Source of the DNA: Tubiluchus corallicola
Taxonomy: Eukaryota > Animalia > Priapulida
Direction: 5' to 3'
Length of the DNA stretch: 64,000 bases
Assembly: GCA_030141605.1 (NCBI GenBank)
Contig: JAQGDQ010000387.1
Location: 62,001-126,000, forward strand
A model generated the notes under the pieces. That model was not told the origin of the DNA and made no database searches. It saw nothing but the letters and a program-made list of their open reading frames with translations. This document shows positions 39,301 through 51,974 of the stretch, in pieces. Every line of letters begins with the position of its first letter. Position 1 is the first letter of the stretch. Position numbers and translations under genes: made by a program.

Positions 39301-42300
39301 TAATGATACCAAGACTCTCTACAGAATTGTTAAAGATCTAACGGGAACAGGAGGCACCCCAGCTGTGCCAATCAAGGACAAAAGTGGTGTGACTCTTACA
39401 ACAACAAAACAGCAAAACGCACGATGGGTGGAACACTTCAAGGAAGTTCTCAGCCAGCCAAACCCAACAACATTATTCAACTTTGAGAATGAAATTGGAC
39501 AACAACAGCTAGATGTAAGATTGGACAACATCAGTGAACTGGAAGTCGAAACTGCCATCAAAAAACTAAAGAACAACAAAGCAGCAGGAGAGGACCAAAT
39601 AACAGCTGAGCTCCTGAAACATGGTAATAAAAGGATAACACGATCAATGACAAAGCTCCTGAACAGCTGCTGGGAACAACAAAAGGTCCCCGAAGATTGG
39701 AGAAATGGAGTCATCGTGAAGTTGCCTAAAAAAGGGAACCTGACAGATTGCAATAATTGGAGAGGAATAACTCTGATGTCAATACCTGGAAAAGTCCTGA
39801 GTATAGTGCTGCTAGATCGGTTGAGAGATGCTGCTGATATAAGACTAAGAGAACAACAAGCTGGATTTAGAAAAGGAAGATCATGCTGTGAACAGATATT
39901 CACTCTCAGAAACATCATTGAGCAATGTATGGAATTCCAACATTATTAATCAATTTTATTGATTTCAAGAAGGCTTTTGACTCTGTTCACAGGCAGTCTC
40001 TATGGAAAATTGCTTCTCTGTATGGTATCCCACAGAAATTCATTTCAACCATCCAGAACTTTTACCAAAACAGCGGCTGTTGTATAAGAACACAAGAGGG
40101 AAACACCGAGTATTTCACCATCGAAACTGGAGTTAAGCAGGGTTGCATTATGTCGCCATTCCTGTTCCTACTGACGATTGATTTCATCATGAACAAGGCG
40201 GTTGATGGTAAAGATCTAAGAATGCAATGGAAACAACAACAACGATTGGCAGATCTGGACTTTGCTGACGATATAGCTCTTCTGGAAACATCAAAAGAAA
40301 GCCTGCAACAACTGACCACAAGTATGGAAGAAGTAGCGGGAAAAATTGGATTGAGAATTAGTCAAGAAAAGACCAAAGTTTTGAAAGTGTGGACAAACCA
40401 ACAGAATGATGTACATATAACAGTGGGAGGCCAAATGGTTAAGAACGTTACCAGTTTTTCATATCTGGGCAGTGTGATGACCTGTAATGGAGGTACAGAA
40501 AATGACATCAGGGGGAGAATCGGCAAAGCAGCAGCAGTATTTAGAAAGATGGGAAAAATCTGGACAAGCAAGAAAATTGACATGAAAATCAAACTTCGTC
40601 TGTACAACGCCATTGTGCTGCCAACGGCTCTCTATGCCAGCGAAACCTGGAAAGTCACAGCGGAGTTATCAAAGAAACTGAACGTCTTCCACCAAAAATG
40701 CCTTCGAAAGATACTAAAAATCTCCTACCGCGACCATGTCACCAATGTAGAAGTTCTTCAACGAGCGCAGTCATTGCGGTTACAAGATATAGTTACAGAG
40801 AGAAGAATGAAACTGGCTGGACATATTCTCCGTCTATCAGAAAGTCGCTACGCCAAAACAGCAGTACAGTGGGAACCACCTGGTGGGAAACGAAAAAGAG
40901 GTCGGCCAAAAACAACGTGGCGCAGATCCTTCAAAGAAGACCTTCGAGCTGTCAACAGACGTTGGGAAAACGTAGAGAACGAAGCCGCCGATAGAACTCA
41001 GTGGAAAATGCTGTCTGCTCAATGTGCATCAATGCGCAGGAAGGACTAAGTTCTAAGGTAAGCAACATGTATGCCACGAATGCTCTGATTATTTTTTTCA
41101 AACTTTAGCTAATGTTATCAAAACTTGTTTCAAATGACCTACCATTAAAATGGCTGCGTCTAATGATCATCGCGGGTTGTTTAAATTTACACGTTTTATA
41201 CGGTGTTACGGCCGATGCAAGCCATGCATACGAGAAGGTAGTATGTAAGTGGTATAAAATTCCGAGACGATTTTTTTCAGTTTCACGTAAGTGGAGGGTT
41301 TTCTTGTGCTTTAACTCAAAGAAACAACTCATCACTCGTTGATTAAAGAAAATATAATCCAATATTAAATACTAAAGTGTTTCAGAATTATAAAATTTGT
41401 TAAGGTTAATTTAACTGTTATAAAATTTTGTCATACTCATGTAAATTTTTGCACTTCTTATCTGAAAAGGTTACAAATAGAACTCAAACAAAACCAGTTG
41501 TCTTAGCACAGACCAACACGCCCCCCAGGGAAAATTGGCCAGTATGTCTATGCATCTTAGCTAGGGTAATCAGTTTCTGCCAGACTAGGTGCGAAATCCA
41601 GAACTAATAATGACAATGTCAGCTTACAGGTGAAAACAATAAGCGTGAAAAAATCAAACAACTCCTACAAAACATTTAACACTCCTGCCAATAAACCAGA
41701 AAACCTACAGCAGAATGATCAGCTTATGTGAACAGTTAAAGGCAACAAGAAAGAAAGAATCAACAATTGAACCCCAATAAACCCCTGCATTGTTTTTTAT
41801 GTAATTAGGTTATAGTTGTGATCATCCGGTTCGCGGTTTTCTAGTTTGTCCTACACAAATTTTATGCCATCTATTGGCCGGAATGTTACACTTGCAAAAT
41901 CTGATTCTTCCACACTTATTCAAATTGGCTAACAGTTTGATCAGCATTTCGGTTAAAAGCCTGTTTTTCATTATTGCTCAGGACTACGAGAATTAAATTT
42001 CTTTGTATGAGGTCCTGCAATTGTATGGCTCTTCTCACACATCTAACTGTAGCAAGAACCCAAAACAAGTAGCTTAAGCCACATTTTCCAGTCAATATAT
42101 TCACATAACAATGGCTTTATTTAGCTGTTTTTTATAAACATTTATTTGAAATAATTGCCTTTGGCAAACACCAAATAAATGATCAAGTTTCCTCAGGCTG
42201 CAAAATTTACGGGAGTACAGTTTGACAGGAACAACAAGTTTATCACAAAATACACATAATTATTCCAAATGTCAATTAAAATAATTAAAATGGTTAGATG

Positions 42301-45300
42301 AACTAATATATTGCTGTACCAGGTGAAATACGATGGTGTTCTATTCATAACTTAGTAGAGAACTACCAGAAAGAAAAATTGATCTTTTTAATTGCGGGTC
42401 AATGTTATTTATATTAAAAGATAATGCGTTTGTTTGATATAGGTTTGTTGGTCATTCTTTGAGTTCCTCTCTACTGACAACATGCAAAGCGAGATCAAGT
42501 AAAAAATGTTTAATACTTTCAATTTGACAACCACGGACGCAGTTTTCCAGTAGAACATTACCCATTGAATCTCTACATCCATGGCTGTTCAAACGCTCAT
42601 TTAACTAAGAGAAACCCACCCTTAGTCATTTGGTGCACCCTAGTGTATGGTGCAACGCTGCTTCATGATCCGTGATTCCACACAAAACAGTAAATAATAC
42701 CAAGTACAAGTTTAAGAACTGGCTTTACCTCAAAGAAATCGCAGATGGGTATTGTAGGATTGTACTTATGTCGCTCCCGTACATAGGAGACAGTACGACT
42801 TTGACACTGACCATCTACAACTTTTCCGTTCTTCTCCTGGCTAACCTACAATGAAACATTTTCAGCTTATGTTGAGTGTATGAATCTAGATTTGCAAGTT
42901 TTGACACAAAATAAAAAAAATTATACAAAAGTGCACTTTTAAAAATAGAAACAAGCTGCTACAAAATAATTGGGAAAGTGATTAATCATTTAGCAATCTG
43001 TTTCCAAAAGCTGTACTGAAAAAAGTTTGCCATTACCAAATATGTTACCCAATACCAATAAATAAATAATAAGCAAATACATTGAAAATCTTATATCAAC
43101 AAAATCTTACATGAATTTCGTTACACGTATGATATAAATCATCGCGTTTCAAAGTTTTAAAAATTTTATTATTCATATACTGAATGTTATTAAATTACGT
43201 CACAACATACAATCAGGAGTATTCAGGCGCTATTCAGTCTCATATTTACATACAGAAGTATCGTACAAAACAAGAATATTTCAAACCTGTGGATGGATGC
43301 AGAGGTTTTTACGTGAACTAAGTGCCAGTGCTAAGAAGGTGGCCTTGGAATTCGTTTGGCATTGCGCGTCGTAATACTTTAATAATTTCCTCAGTTCTTC
43401 AATACACTGTAACAGAATTGATCTTAAAACTAAGCTTCATTGTGAATGTTTGCTACGGTTGCTGCACAGTGCACTACATGTAATTGTAAACACACCATTG
43501 CTGTTTTTGCCCCTTGTTCCGAGTCATTGTAGTTTTGAACCATTCCGTTTATTGAGTGTGTAAGATGTCTCCATTCGTGATCGGTGTGAAGTTACCAAAA
43601 GTCGCTATATCGCACAAATTATAAGCTTGTTTGGCCGAGTAACACATGGAAGGTTATATTATGATATGGACATAGGATTACAAAAACACAAACTTCTCAC
43701 GTATTATGACTATATTCAACTGTCGCAACTATAGCAGTTTAACAATTTTAAAATAGAAACGTTATGGCCACTGCCCAAGATTGCCTGCTAAATTTAAAAC
43801 TATTCTTAACTGACCACTGTCCATGGTTGCCTGCTAAATTTAAAACTATTCTTAACTGACCACTGTCCAAAATTGCCTGCTGAATTTAAACTATAATTAA
43901 CTGACCACTATCCAAGTTTGCCCGTCAAATTTAAATTTAATGATAACTTTTCAATGATTTCATTGTCCAAATCAAATACAATGTTAAAACAGTTACTAGA
44001 CAACAAGAACTGCACACATTGTTTGTTGTATTTTAATACTGATCTTAAAGGAAAAGACAAGCCTCTTAAAATGTCAGGTTTATTTTACTGTTATCACTTA
44101 AACTTAGAAAAATGAAAAAACGAACTTTGCAAAAAAACTGTCTATAAGGCATAAAGATGATTTATACTACAACTGTACAAAAATTTTCAGGTGCAATGGT
44201 AAACGCTCTTCACTTCAAAATTATGATGTAACTGGTGGACTTCATGACTTTTTGTGAGTGCATCGCGGCTTTCCATAAGCTAGCGCTGACTAAATAATTC
44301 AAACTCCTGCAGCTTACTTAATGTTCATGCACAAATATCACTAAATTAGCCATCTAATTTTTTTGTAAAAACTTATTAAACTACTTTTGATGAAAATTGA
44401 TAATGTGCTATTTCTCTTCAGCCATCATTGGTGGAAGAGTAAGCATTCAAAATGGCAATGTCCAAGCATGAGCACTTTTATTACTGAACATGAAATAAGC
44501 CTAAATTTCCAAAAGGTTTGGCTTTGCCTTTAAAAGCTCAAATACGCATATGCGAATAAGTTAACTTTGTTGCAAAACAGTAATGAAATTCAAGCACAAG
44601 ACAACCCAGTAGCTGTTCTACATTGCAAGTCCTGGTAAGACATTTAGTACCAGATGATGACATCATGGCAAGCTATAACAACTGTCAAAATCTACCTTTT
44701 CTATTTCTGGAACAGTTCTAGAACAGTAGATGAGCTTTGTCAGGTTTTCTGGTTTCTGCTTTAAATAGGCAACAATGAGAGACAGAAGAGAGATGGTTTT
44801 TCCAGTTCCAGAAGGCATTTCCAAAACTCCATGACCCTGAAGGATGAAAAGCACATCAGTTTTTATGAAACAATTATTTAAATTATTTTTTTGAAACAAA
44901 ATCTACCAAAAGAGAAGTTTATCACTTAATAATGTTAAGACAATACTTAGCTTCACACTCAGGGGTATATTTACTACTAGACTAACTAGGCTATGTAGCC
45001 TAGGCTGCCAAATTTTGGGGGTGTCAGATTTTAAAGGACTATATTAAAAAATTCTTATTCTCATTGAAAAACGCTTTGCTCTTCGTATTCATATTAAAAA
45101 AATCACAAACTTCATAACACAGCACAAACAGTTAATAAAAACTGAGTGTATATAAGAGCCACATAATAAACAAGTATAAGCCTGCTTTCAAAGAAAATCT
45201 ATAAATCCATAAATCTATAAGAGGGTTGGGTGGGACAGAACTGCAGACTCAGGGTGTCGTAATGTTTTATATGCTCTTGCTGATATTTGTCGACTCAGAA

Positions 45301-46032
45301 TGAGGTTTTCTAGAACTCACTTTTGCATCCAGAGTACGTTTAAGTTCAAGCATATATGAGTACTGCTCTGGATAAATGTAATCGTATGGAAAATAAACCA
45401 GCAGTCCGTCAATATTTAACCTGAAATAACAAGACATACACACTCACATATGTACATACAATTATAAAGGAAATGTTATAATAAAGAATATAGAATTATT
45501 GCTTATAGAATACCTTTACATTATTACCAGGAATGAAAACTGAATTGAAGATTACTGTAATAATGAAAAAGCTGCCACCAGGTACCGTATATGTTACTTA
45601 TGCGGTTCCACTATGACACAAATAATATAAACAAGACATTTTCATGTACGAAGACATAATTACGGTTTATGTTACTGCAATTGGCAATTAGCTATTTAGA
45701 TTTAAGTAATGATTTCTCTTATATTCACTAAATGCATTTTTCCCCACTGTAGATATACATGCTTAACTGTAAACTCATGCTAGATTAGTAGTATAATTAG
45801 TAGCTAGCAAAAGATAGCTTTCTAGTACTACGGTGACTGGGACTTTCAACAGAAGTACATAATTTCACTAAATTCAACCTATTCATTCAGTTGTGAGATT
45901 CGTTAACTCACGAAAGGTGTTATAATTACTTATAACGTAAGGACATTATAAATAACTCAAAGGTATAGCAGGACACAAGCCAAATCTTTATTTTACAAGA
46001 AATAAATGCAGAACATCAGAAGCGTACTTCAT
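27356..46032 (-). CDS. ERCC2: TFIIH helicase XPD, 763 aa; exons 46032-46028, 45420-45321, 44836-44696, 43406-43287, 42845-42729, 38719-38603, 37824-37701, 36777-36681, 35406-35273, 35005-34837, 34042-33924, 33788-33649, 33104-33003, 31823-31668, 30590-30395, 29196-28982, 28332-28189, 27451-27356
   Basis: Eighteen phase-compatible exons (2292 nt). Motifs [21 protein letters not shown], Walker [10 protein letters not shown], four Fe-S Cys (LCIHP, GQCQ, PICDF, WCPYF), [35 protein letters not shown] and EDQLGLSLL. Confidence 0.98.
29457..29908. repeat. ~90-bp minisatellite (5 copies) with an embedded variable (TA)n; degenerate ACAAAAGCACAATACTA repeats follow to ~30110
   Basis: Unit accatcaccactcagctattttttcctcacctgcaaca...(ta)n..atacagtttattgagcatacaacataaagag. 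Confidence 0.92.
30603..30745. repeat. ~82-bp tandem duplication next to an XPD acceptor
   Basis: atcgt.agtgtaaagcaaaatgaatgttagttaattaacaaataaagttaattaat occurs twice. Confidence 0.85.
35668..35862 (+). mobile_element. Diverged MetaSINE-like SINE
   Basis: tRNA-like head (GGTGGCATAGCTCTATAGTAG...GGTTCAACAC), core GAGTCATACCAAAGACTTAAAAAATAGTACC, and a (TAA)n tail. Confidence 0.7.
37036..37603. mobile_element. Tc1/mariner-pogo MITE, family A, with an expanded left subterminal region
   Basis: Same TIRs and body as 4549-4963, plus a ~100-bp unit present twice at ~37060-37250. Confidence 0.9.
38776..41062 (+). mobile_element. 5'-truncated RTE-clade LINE in XPD intron 5, antisense to XPD, with one frameshift
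   Basis: ORFs 38810-39949 and 39925-41049 carry the endonuclease C-terminus (GSDHH), RT motifs ([35 protein letters not shown]) and the RTE C-terminus (GHILR...[10 protein letters not shown]). The 3' UTR is very short (TAAG-type). Confidence 0.97.
43768..43937. repeat. ~45-bp tandem repeat, ~3-4 copies
   Basis: ttgcctgctaaatttaaaactattcttaactgaccactgtcca is repeated. Confidence 0.8.
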
Positions 46033-46433
46033 TGTGCTTTACTAGATGTGACGTCAAACTATGCAGTTTGCCAAGCTGATGTCATTGAATCTGCACCGTC
46101 AACTTATTTTTTCATTCCCCACAGAAAATCTGTATTCCAAATCAATCACATCATTTTACTGCCAAAGAGAGCATTCTAAACAGTAGTGCATCCATGTTTT
46201 GTTCTGTTCTTGGCAAAATGAACGACACTGTACACCAAAAAATCACATTTTATAGTTTTCTTCAAAATCTCATTCCACCTGTTGTACGCATTGAAGTATC
46301 AACATTGATCAGAGTATTCCACCCTCTTCTACCTGCAGCTAACAACGTAAGTTCTTCTACTCCTAAAGTTTTCACTCTCTAACGCCAATAGGAGAAAACT
46401 TCGAGTCGAAGGCTTCCTAATGGCACTTGATGC

Positions 46434-47650
46434 CAAAGAATATAAAGCACAGAAAGTAGGAAAGCGCAGTATTCGCGCAGTTAGTGTCACCCTAGCGGCA
46501 ATTCAGTACGGTCTGTTGTTGTCAAGTACGCTACAGCGCAGTTCTTCGCGCACCGTTATCTAGCAGACGAATTTATGAGATGCCTTCACCAAAGCCTGGC
46601 CGGTCGGTGAATTGTAAAAATAAAGATATAAACGCTAGAATATCTTCTTTTAAATTTCCCAAGGATGCCGCCAGGTAATTATATTAAAATGTTAATTACA
46701 ACAAGTTTTGTAACTTTTGTTACAAATTAAAATATTATTAATTTTTTGCACACTAAGCAAAGACTGCAAGGCCTACATCTGTCTTTGCCGATTTGTAGCA
46801 GCTGTGATATTTTTCAATATTATTTAGAATTATTAGTTAAAATAAAAATTATTATATTCATATCTCATGAAAATTAATAGGCTTATTTACAAAAGAAGTT
46901 AAGAAAGCTGATTATAGAGAAAGTTTGCAAATACCTGCTTCATGTAGGATGCTATTTCTGGAGAAATATTTTTTCTAAAAAACATTCCTATTTAAAATGT
47001 TCTTATTCTGCATTTGCACAACACTTATATCTAAAGGCTACACAACTGCTTATGGTGTGTACCTTTTATGAAGTAAATGTACTTGTTTATTATGTCCCAC
47101 TTATATAAAGCTGGAACAGCTAACCTCTTACAGACGAGAAAATAAGAATTATTTAATCTGGCGTTCAGGGCTGCCTAGTTAGCTCATTGATAAAACGCAC
47201 CTGTGTGTGTGTGTGTGCGTGCCTGTGTGTGTGTGCGTGCGTGTGTGTGCGTGTGTGTGTTCACATACAAACCTATGTAATATATGTGTGATTATATAGA
47301 ATAACTGCAGGGCTCGTAAATTGGTGCAGAATGTCAGGCGATTAGACCTTATGAACAAAAGCAGCCAATATTTACACAGAAACTTCTACTTGTGCAGCGA
47401 GCACTTTGAAGTTCAGAATTCATGAATGTAACTTTAAAAAACAAGTTAGTATTGCCGTTATATTTTTACATGTAATATAATATTAGATTTTTCATGTCTA
47501 ATCAGGCTAAGGTCTACGTATTGTATGATCCACCTCACCTTTCGAAATGCCTTCGTAATGCTTTGAAAAAGTACAAAGTTACATTTCGAGCTGTGAATGA
47601 GCCTATGGAGGCACAGTGGTGTTTTATTAACGACTTTTTTGATGCAAAGT
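46434..47650 (+). mobile_element. Internally deleted P-element/THAP9-like transposon remnant (pseudogene)
   Basis: THAP exon pieces SSFKFPKDAAR|gt (46674) and ag|ARKLVQNVRRLDLMNKSSQYLHRNFYLCSEHFE (47311-47410), then the transposase motif KVYVLYDPPHLSKCLRNALKKY (~47509-47575). A homologous left part at ~61407-62010 begins CATAGAATAT. Confidence 0.75.
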
Positions 47651-48429
47651 TCGTATCTGTTACATCTTAAAATCTGCCAATCAAGAATTTCAAACTATGC
47701 CTCTAAAATCAAGGAAGTACCTTAAACTGTCAAATCATTAATTTTTAATTGTTTCATCTGCTGTTGTTTTGCTTCTACAATCTTCTAATTTTCGACTAGA
47801 TGGCCTTTTCATTTTTAAGTTACCCACCTGTTTAATACTTACCTGACCAGTTTGAGGTGCAGTGAAATTTAATAATATAACAGAAATTGGTTATTTTTGT
47901 GAGTTTAAATAGACGAGACGTTTAGACAGTCGGCGACGCTTACTTTTAATAATATTAAATTGCTGGATGCACGAGGTAGTGAAATAATAGTCAACAATGG
48001 ACAAATAAAATTATTGTTGTGGAGAGACCCGAGAGTTCGTTTGAGGAATCTCTGATTTTTTGCACAAATCTAGCTTGTGACATGCTTTAAGTTACCTGGA
48101 GAAAGATGAGGAATGGCTCATTTTTTGAAGTGCTCTGCGATTTGGACTTGCAGTAATCGCTGAACAAGATAAACAGGATTTGCTTTTTCGTTATTACGCA
48201 TAGGCACAAAATAGGTAAGAGGCTTATACTAATCATTAGTTAACGTGATCTCTCTTTCTCTCTCTCCCTCCCTTTCACTCTCTCTCTCTTTCTTTCTTTC
48301 TCTCTCTCTCCATCCTTCTCTTTCTCTCTAAGAGATCTAAAATTACTACATACAAAATTAAGACATTGATCCACAATTTAAAAATTTAGATTTAAAATAC
48401 ACATCAGAGTTTACAATAGAAAGCACATG

Positions 48430-48732
48430 ATAATTAAGGCCAATATATGATTATATCCTTTGTAAACACTTTTTAATTCGAAATTAACAAAACATGCAGA
48501 TGTTTATGTTAAGTTTTTTTTCTGAAGTAATTACTTGATTTTCTGAAAAATTCTAAAAAAATTTCTATGACATGAGAGTCAGGAATGATGTTTTTTAGAA
48601 AAAACATATTAAATGGTAATTTTTATTTGTATAGAATATTTCTCTAGAAATACAATACTACATGAGCCACGTATTTGGAAATTTTCCTATAATCAAGTTT
48701 CTTAACTTCGGCGCAGTCTTTGCTTAGAGTAC
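48430..48732 (-). repeat. Inverted copy of the dispersed repeat found in the THAP-element intron
   Basis: Reverse complement matches 46750-46990 (ctaagcaaagactgc...gaagttaagaaa...tttctaaaaaacattcc) and 61735-62195. Confidence 0.7.
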
Positions 48733-48735
48733 ATG

Positions 48736-50058
48736 ACGAAGTAGCTGTAACATTATTTGCAATGTAATGTTGCTGTTAACGAAGTAGCTGTAACATTATT
48801 TGCAATGTAATGTTGCTGATGACGAAGTAGCTGTGACATTATTTGCAATGTAATGCTGCTGACAATGAAGTAGCTGTAACATTATTTGCAATGTAATGTT
48901 GCTGATAACAAAGTAGCTGTAACATTATTTGCAATGTAATGTTGCTGATAACAAAGTAGCTGTAACATTATTTGCAATGTAATGTTGCTGATAACGAAGT
49001 AGCTGTAACATTATTCGCAATGTAATGTTGCTGATAACGAAGTAGCTGTAACATTATGTGCAATGTAATGTTGCTGACAATGAAGTAGCTGTAACATTAT
49101 TTGCAATGTAATGTTGTTGACAATGAAGTAGCTGTAACATTATTTGCAATGTAATGTTGCTGATAACGAAGTAGGTGTAACATTATTCGCAATGTAATGT
49201 TGCTGATAACGAAGTAGCTGTAACATTATGTGCAATGTAATGTTGCTGACAATGAAGTAGCTGTAACATTATTTGCAATGTAATGTTGCTGATGACGAAG
49301 TAGCTGTGACATTATTTGCAATGTAATGCTGCTGACAATGAAGTAGCTGTAACATTATTTGCAATGTAATGTTGCTGATAACAAAGTAGCTGCAACATTA
49401 TTTGCAATGTAATGTTTCTGACAATGAAGTAGCTGTAACATTATTTGCAATGTAATGTTGCTGATAACGAAGTAGCTGTGACATTATTTGCAATGTAATG
49501 TTGCTGATAACGAAGTAGCTGTAACATTATTTGCAATGTAATGTTGCTGACAATGAAGTAGCTGTAACATTATTTGCAATGTAATGTTGCTGACAATGAA
49601 GTAGCTGTGACATTATTTGCAATGTAATGTTGCTGACAATGAAGTAGCTGTGACATTATTTGCAATGTAACGTTGCTGATAACGAAGTAGCTGTAACATT
49701 ATTTGCAATGTAATGTTGCTGATAACGAAGTAGCTGTAACATTATTTGCAATGTAATGTTGCTGACAATGAAGTAGCTGTGACATTATTTGCAATGTAAT
49801 GTTGCTGACAATGAAGTAGCTGTGACATTATTTGCAATGTAATGTTGCTGACAACGAAGTAGCTGTAACATTATTTGCAATGTAATGTTGCTGATAACGA
49901 AGTAGCTGTGACATTATTTGCAATGTAATGTTGCTGACAATGAAGTAGCTGTGACATTATTTGCAATGTAATGTTGCTGATAACGAAGTAGCTGTAACAT
50001 TATTTGCAATGTAATGTTGCTGATAACGAAGTAGCTACAACATTATTTGCAGTGTAAT
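48736..50058. repeat. 43-bp minisatellite, ~30 copies, with an internal hairpin
   Basis: Unit GAAGTAGCTGTAACATTATTTGCAATGTAATGTTGCTGATAAC; variation is concentrated in the ATAAC/ACAAT/ATGAC segment. Confidence 0.97.
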
Positions 50059-51301
50059 TTTTAAAGTTACAGAAAGTTTTCACTTTAATTCCCTTTGAAA
50101 ATTGTAGAAATCCCATTCAGTTATATGTTTATTTAATTCACTGAACCAAAAAAGTTTTTTATTGCAAAAATGTACTGTTAAATGTAAATAGATTTTTTAA
50201 AATTAGTTTGGCCCACAAAGACACGTAACTACAACAAATAGTTATAATATTATTTGTTTGTAACAAACAGGACAAGTCTAGCTGATTAATGAAGATAATT
50301 CTCTAAGATGAAACTTTCAATGTGAAACTTGTAGGGTGGTCAGCCTCACCCATCCATTTACTAGCCAAGCCTAACATTGCTGGCTTCATAGCAGGGCCAC
50401 TCAACTAATTTCTTTCAACAAGACAACCTTCGCAGGGCTACAAAACCTTCACAAACATCTAATGGGAATGTTTTAAATCGACCAGTACACGATGAAACAA
50501 GAGGAGCGTTGCCATGGTAACACGATTTGGCATCATCAAAAGTTAGCTGCTATAGAAGATGCTTTCAGAAAATCTCTGGGCAACCATAAAAAGTTTGTTT
50601 CTAGTGCTTATTTTTCAGCTGCTATTCATGGGCTCAACCAAGGACGTTTCTATATGTGGATCAGGTGCTTATGAATCCAGTTTTTCCAACGAGCTTCATA
50701 TCTGTGGAATTGTTTATCCATTGTAAATGGAAATCTCACTGGACAGGCAATCGTAACTTCACTTTTCAATGCAGGTCCTCACGTTGAGTGCCACTAGTCT
50801 TGTTTGGAGCCATTTGTACGAAAAATATTTTGGCTTTAAGTGACTGACTGGCTGATGGTAGGACTAATAACATGTGCTGCACAAAAAGAAAACGATACAA
50901 AACTGCCTCAAAACGAGGAAATGTAAACAGCCATTAGTTTGGTGCAATTAACGATCGTCACTCTGTGTGACCTTTAAATGACCTCGAAATCAGAGGTCAA
51001 TCTAAGGTTAGCCACTCCTCTTTCCTATCTCTCTTTAATGAGAAATGTTAATGATTTTTCGTGTTTGGTTTAAATTTTGATCTGTATAAAGCCAAAGTGT
51101 CAAGCGGACAGATTTGAGCTTCCAGCATCTCAGACCAAAGGCGTCCAATCTCCATTATTTTTTGTAGGAAAACGAAAAAGCAGATAATCAAGATTTATTT
51201 TTTCAATGTTTTATTTTTTCATCGCTTGTTAGCATAAATAATTCACCAGCGCGGACAACGTGGTCATTGGCTGGTGAGAAACAGACATCATAAACACTTA
51301 A

Positions 51302-51974
51302 AGGACAAGAAAGGGGGTATCTGAAGTAGTTTGCACATAGCTTTGAAAATAATATTATTTTATAGCAGTTTTATACGTATATCGTGCTCGCATTGAAAGA
51401 ATTTTTGTTTGTTTTCATTTTAAATCTCCCGCGCTATTATTAGGAAGTCGCCATTACATGGCGTCATATGTGCACAACGTAAATCAGAGGAAGAAAAGGA
51501 AATGTTAAATTATGTCCCAAAAAAACATTCCCTGCAAATCTATATTACTTAGCATTTCGCTTACCTGTTGGAAAGAATCATGTAACTAGAAAAGAAAATT
51601 ATTAATTATTTAAAATGCTTTCACCAATTGGTAAAATGTCGCTGGCTCACCCTCCAGGGTGCGCCACTCACTAACCGAAAACGTATTTTTAATCTTATTG
51701 ACAAGATACAGTAATTTAATATTTTACTGAGTAATATGTGTGCGCTACGAATGCTCTGATTGTTTTTTCAAACTTTACACAATGTTATCTAAACTTGTTT
51801 CAAATGACCTGTACTCAAAATGGCTGCGTCTAGCGGTCATCGCCGGAGTTTAAATTTACAAGTTTTACACAGCGTTACTGCCGATTGAAGTCCTGTATGC
51901 AAACAGGCAATATGTAAGTGATATAAAATTTCAAGACGATTTTTTTAAGATTTACGTTTATGATGGGTTTTCTT
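51302..51974. mobile_element. Kolobok-type MITE, family B
   Basis: TTAA|AGGACAAGAAAGGGGGTATC start; the body is colinear with 13173-13780 (gctggctcaccctccagggtg...). Confidence 0.8.

Noticed and set aside
39319-39918. 199-aa antisense ORF (also 40062-41022 and 63774-63986)
   Set aside because: These are shadow ORFs on the reverse strand of the RTE coding sequence.
48736-50058. CRISPR-like array of palindromic repeats
   Set aside because: There are no unique spacers (only a ~5-bp segment with a few recurring states) and no cas genes, and the context is eukaryotic. It is a minisatellite.
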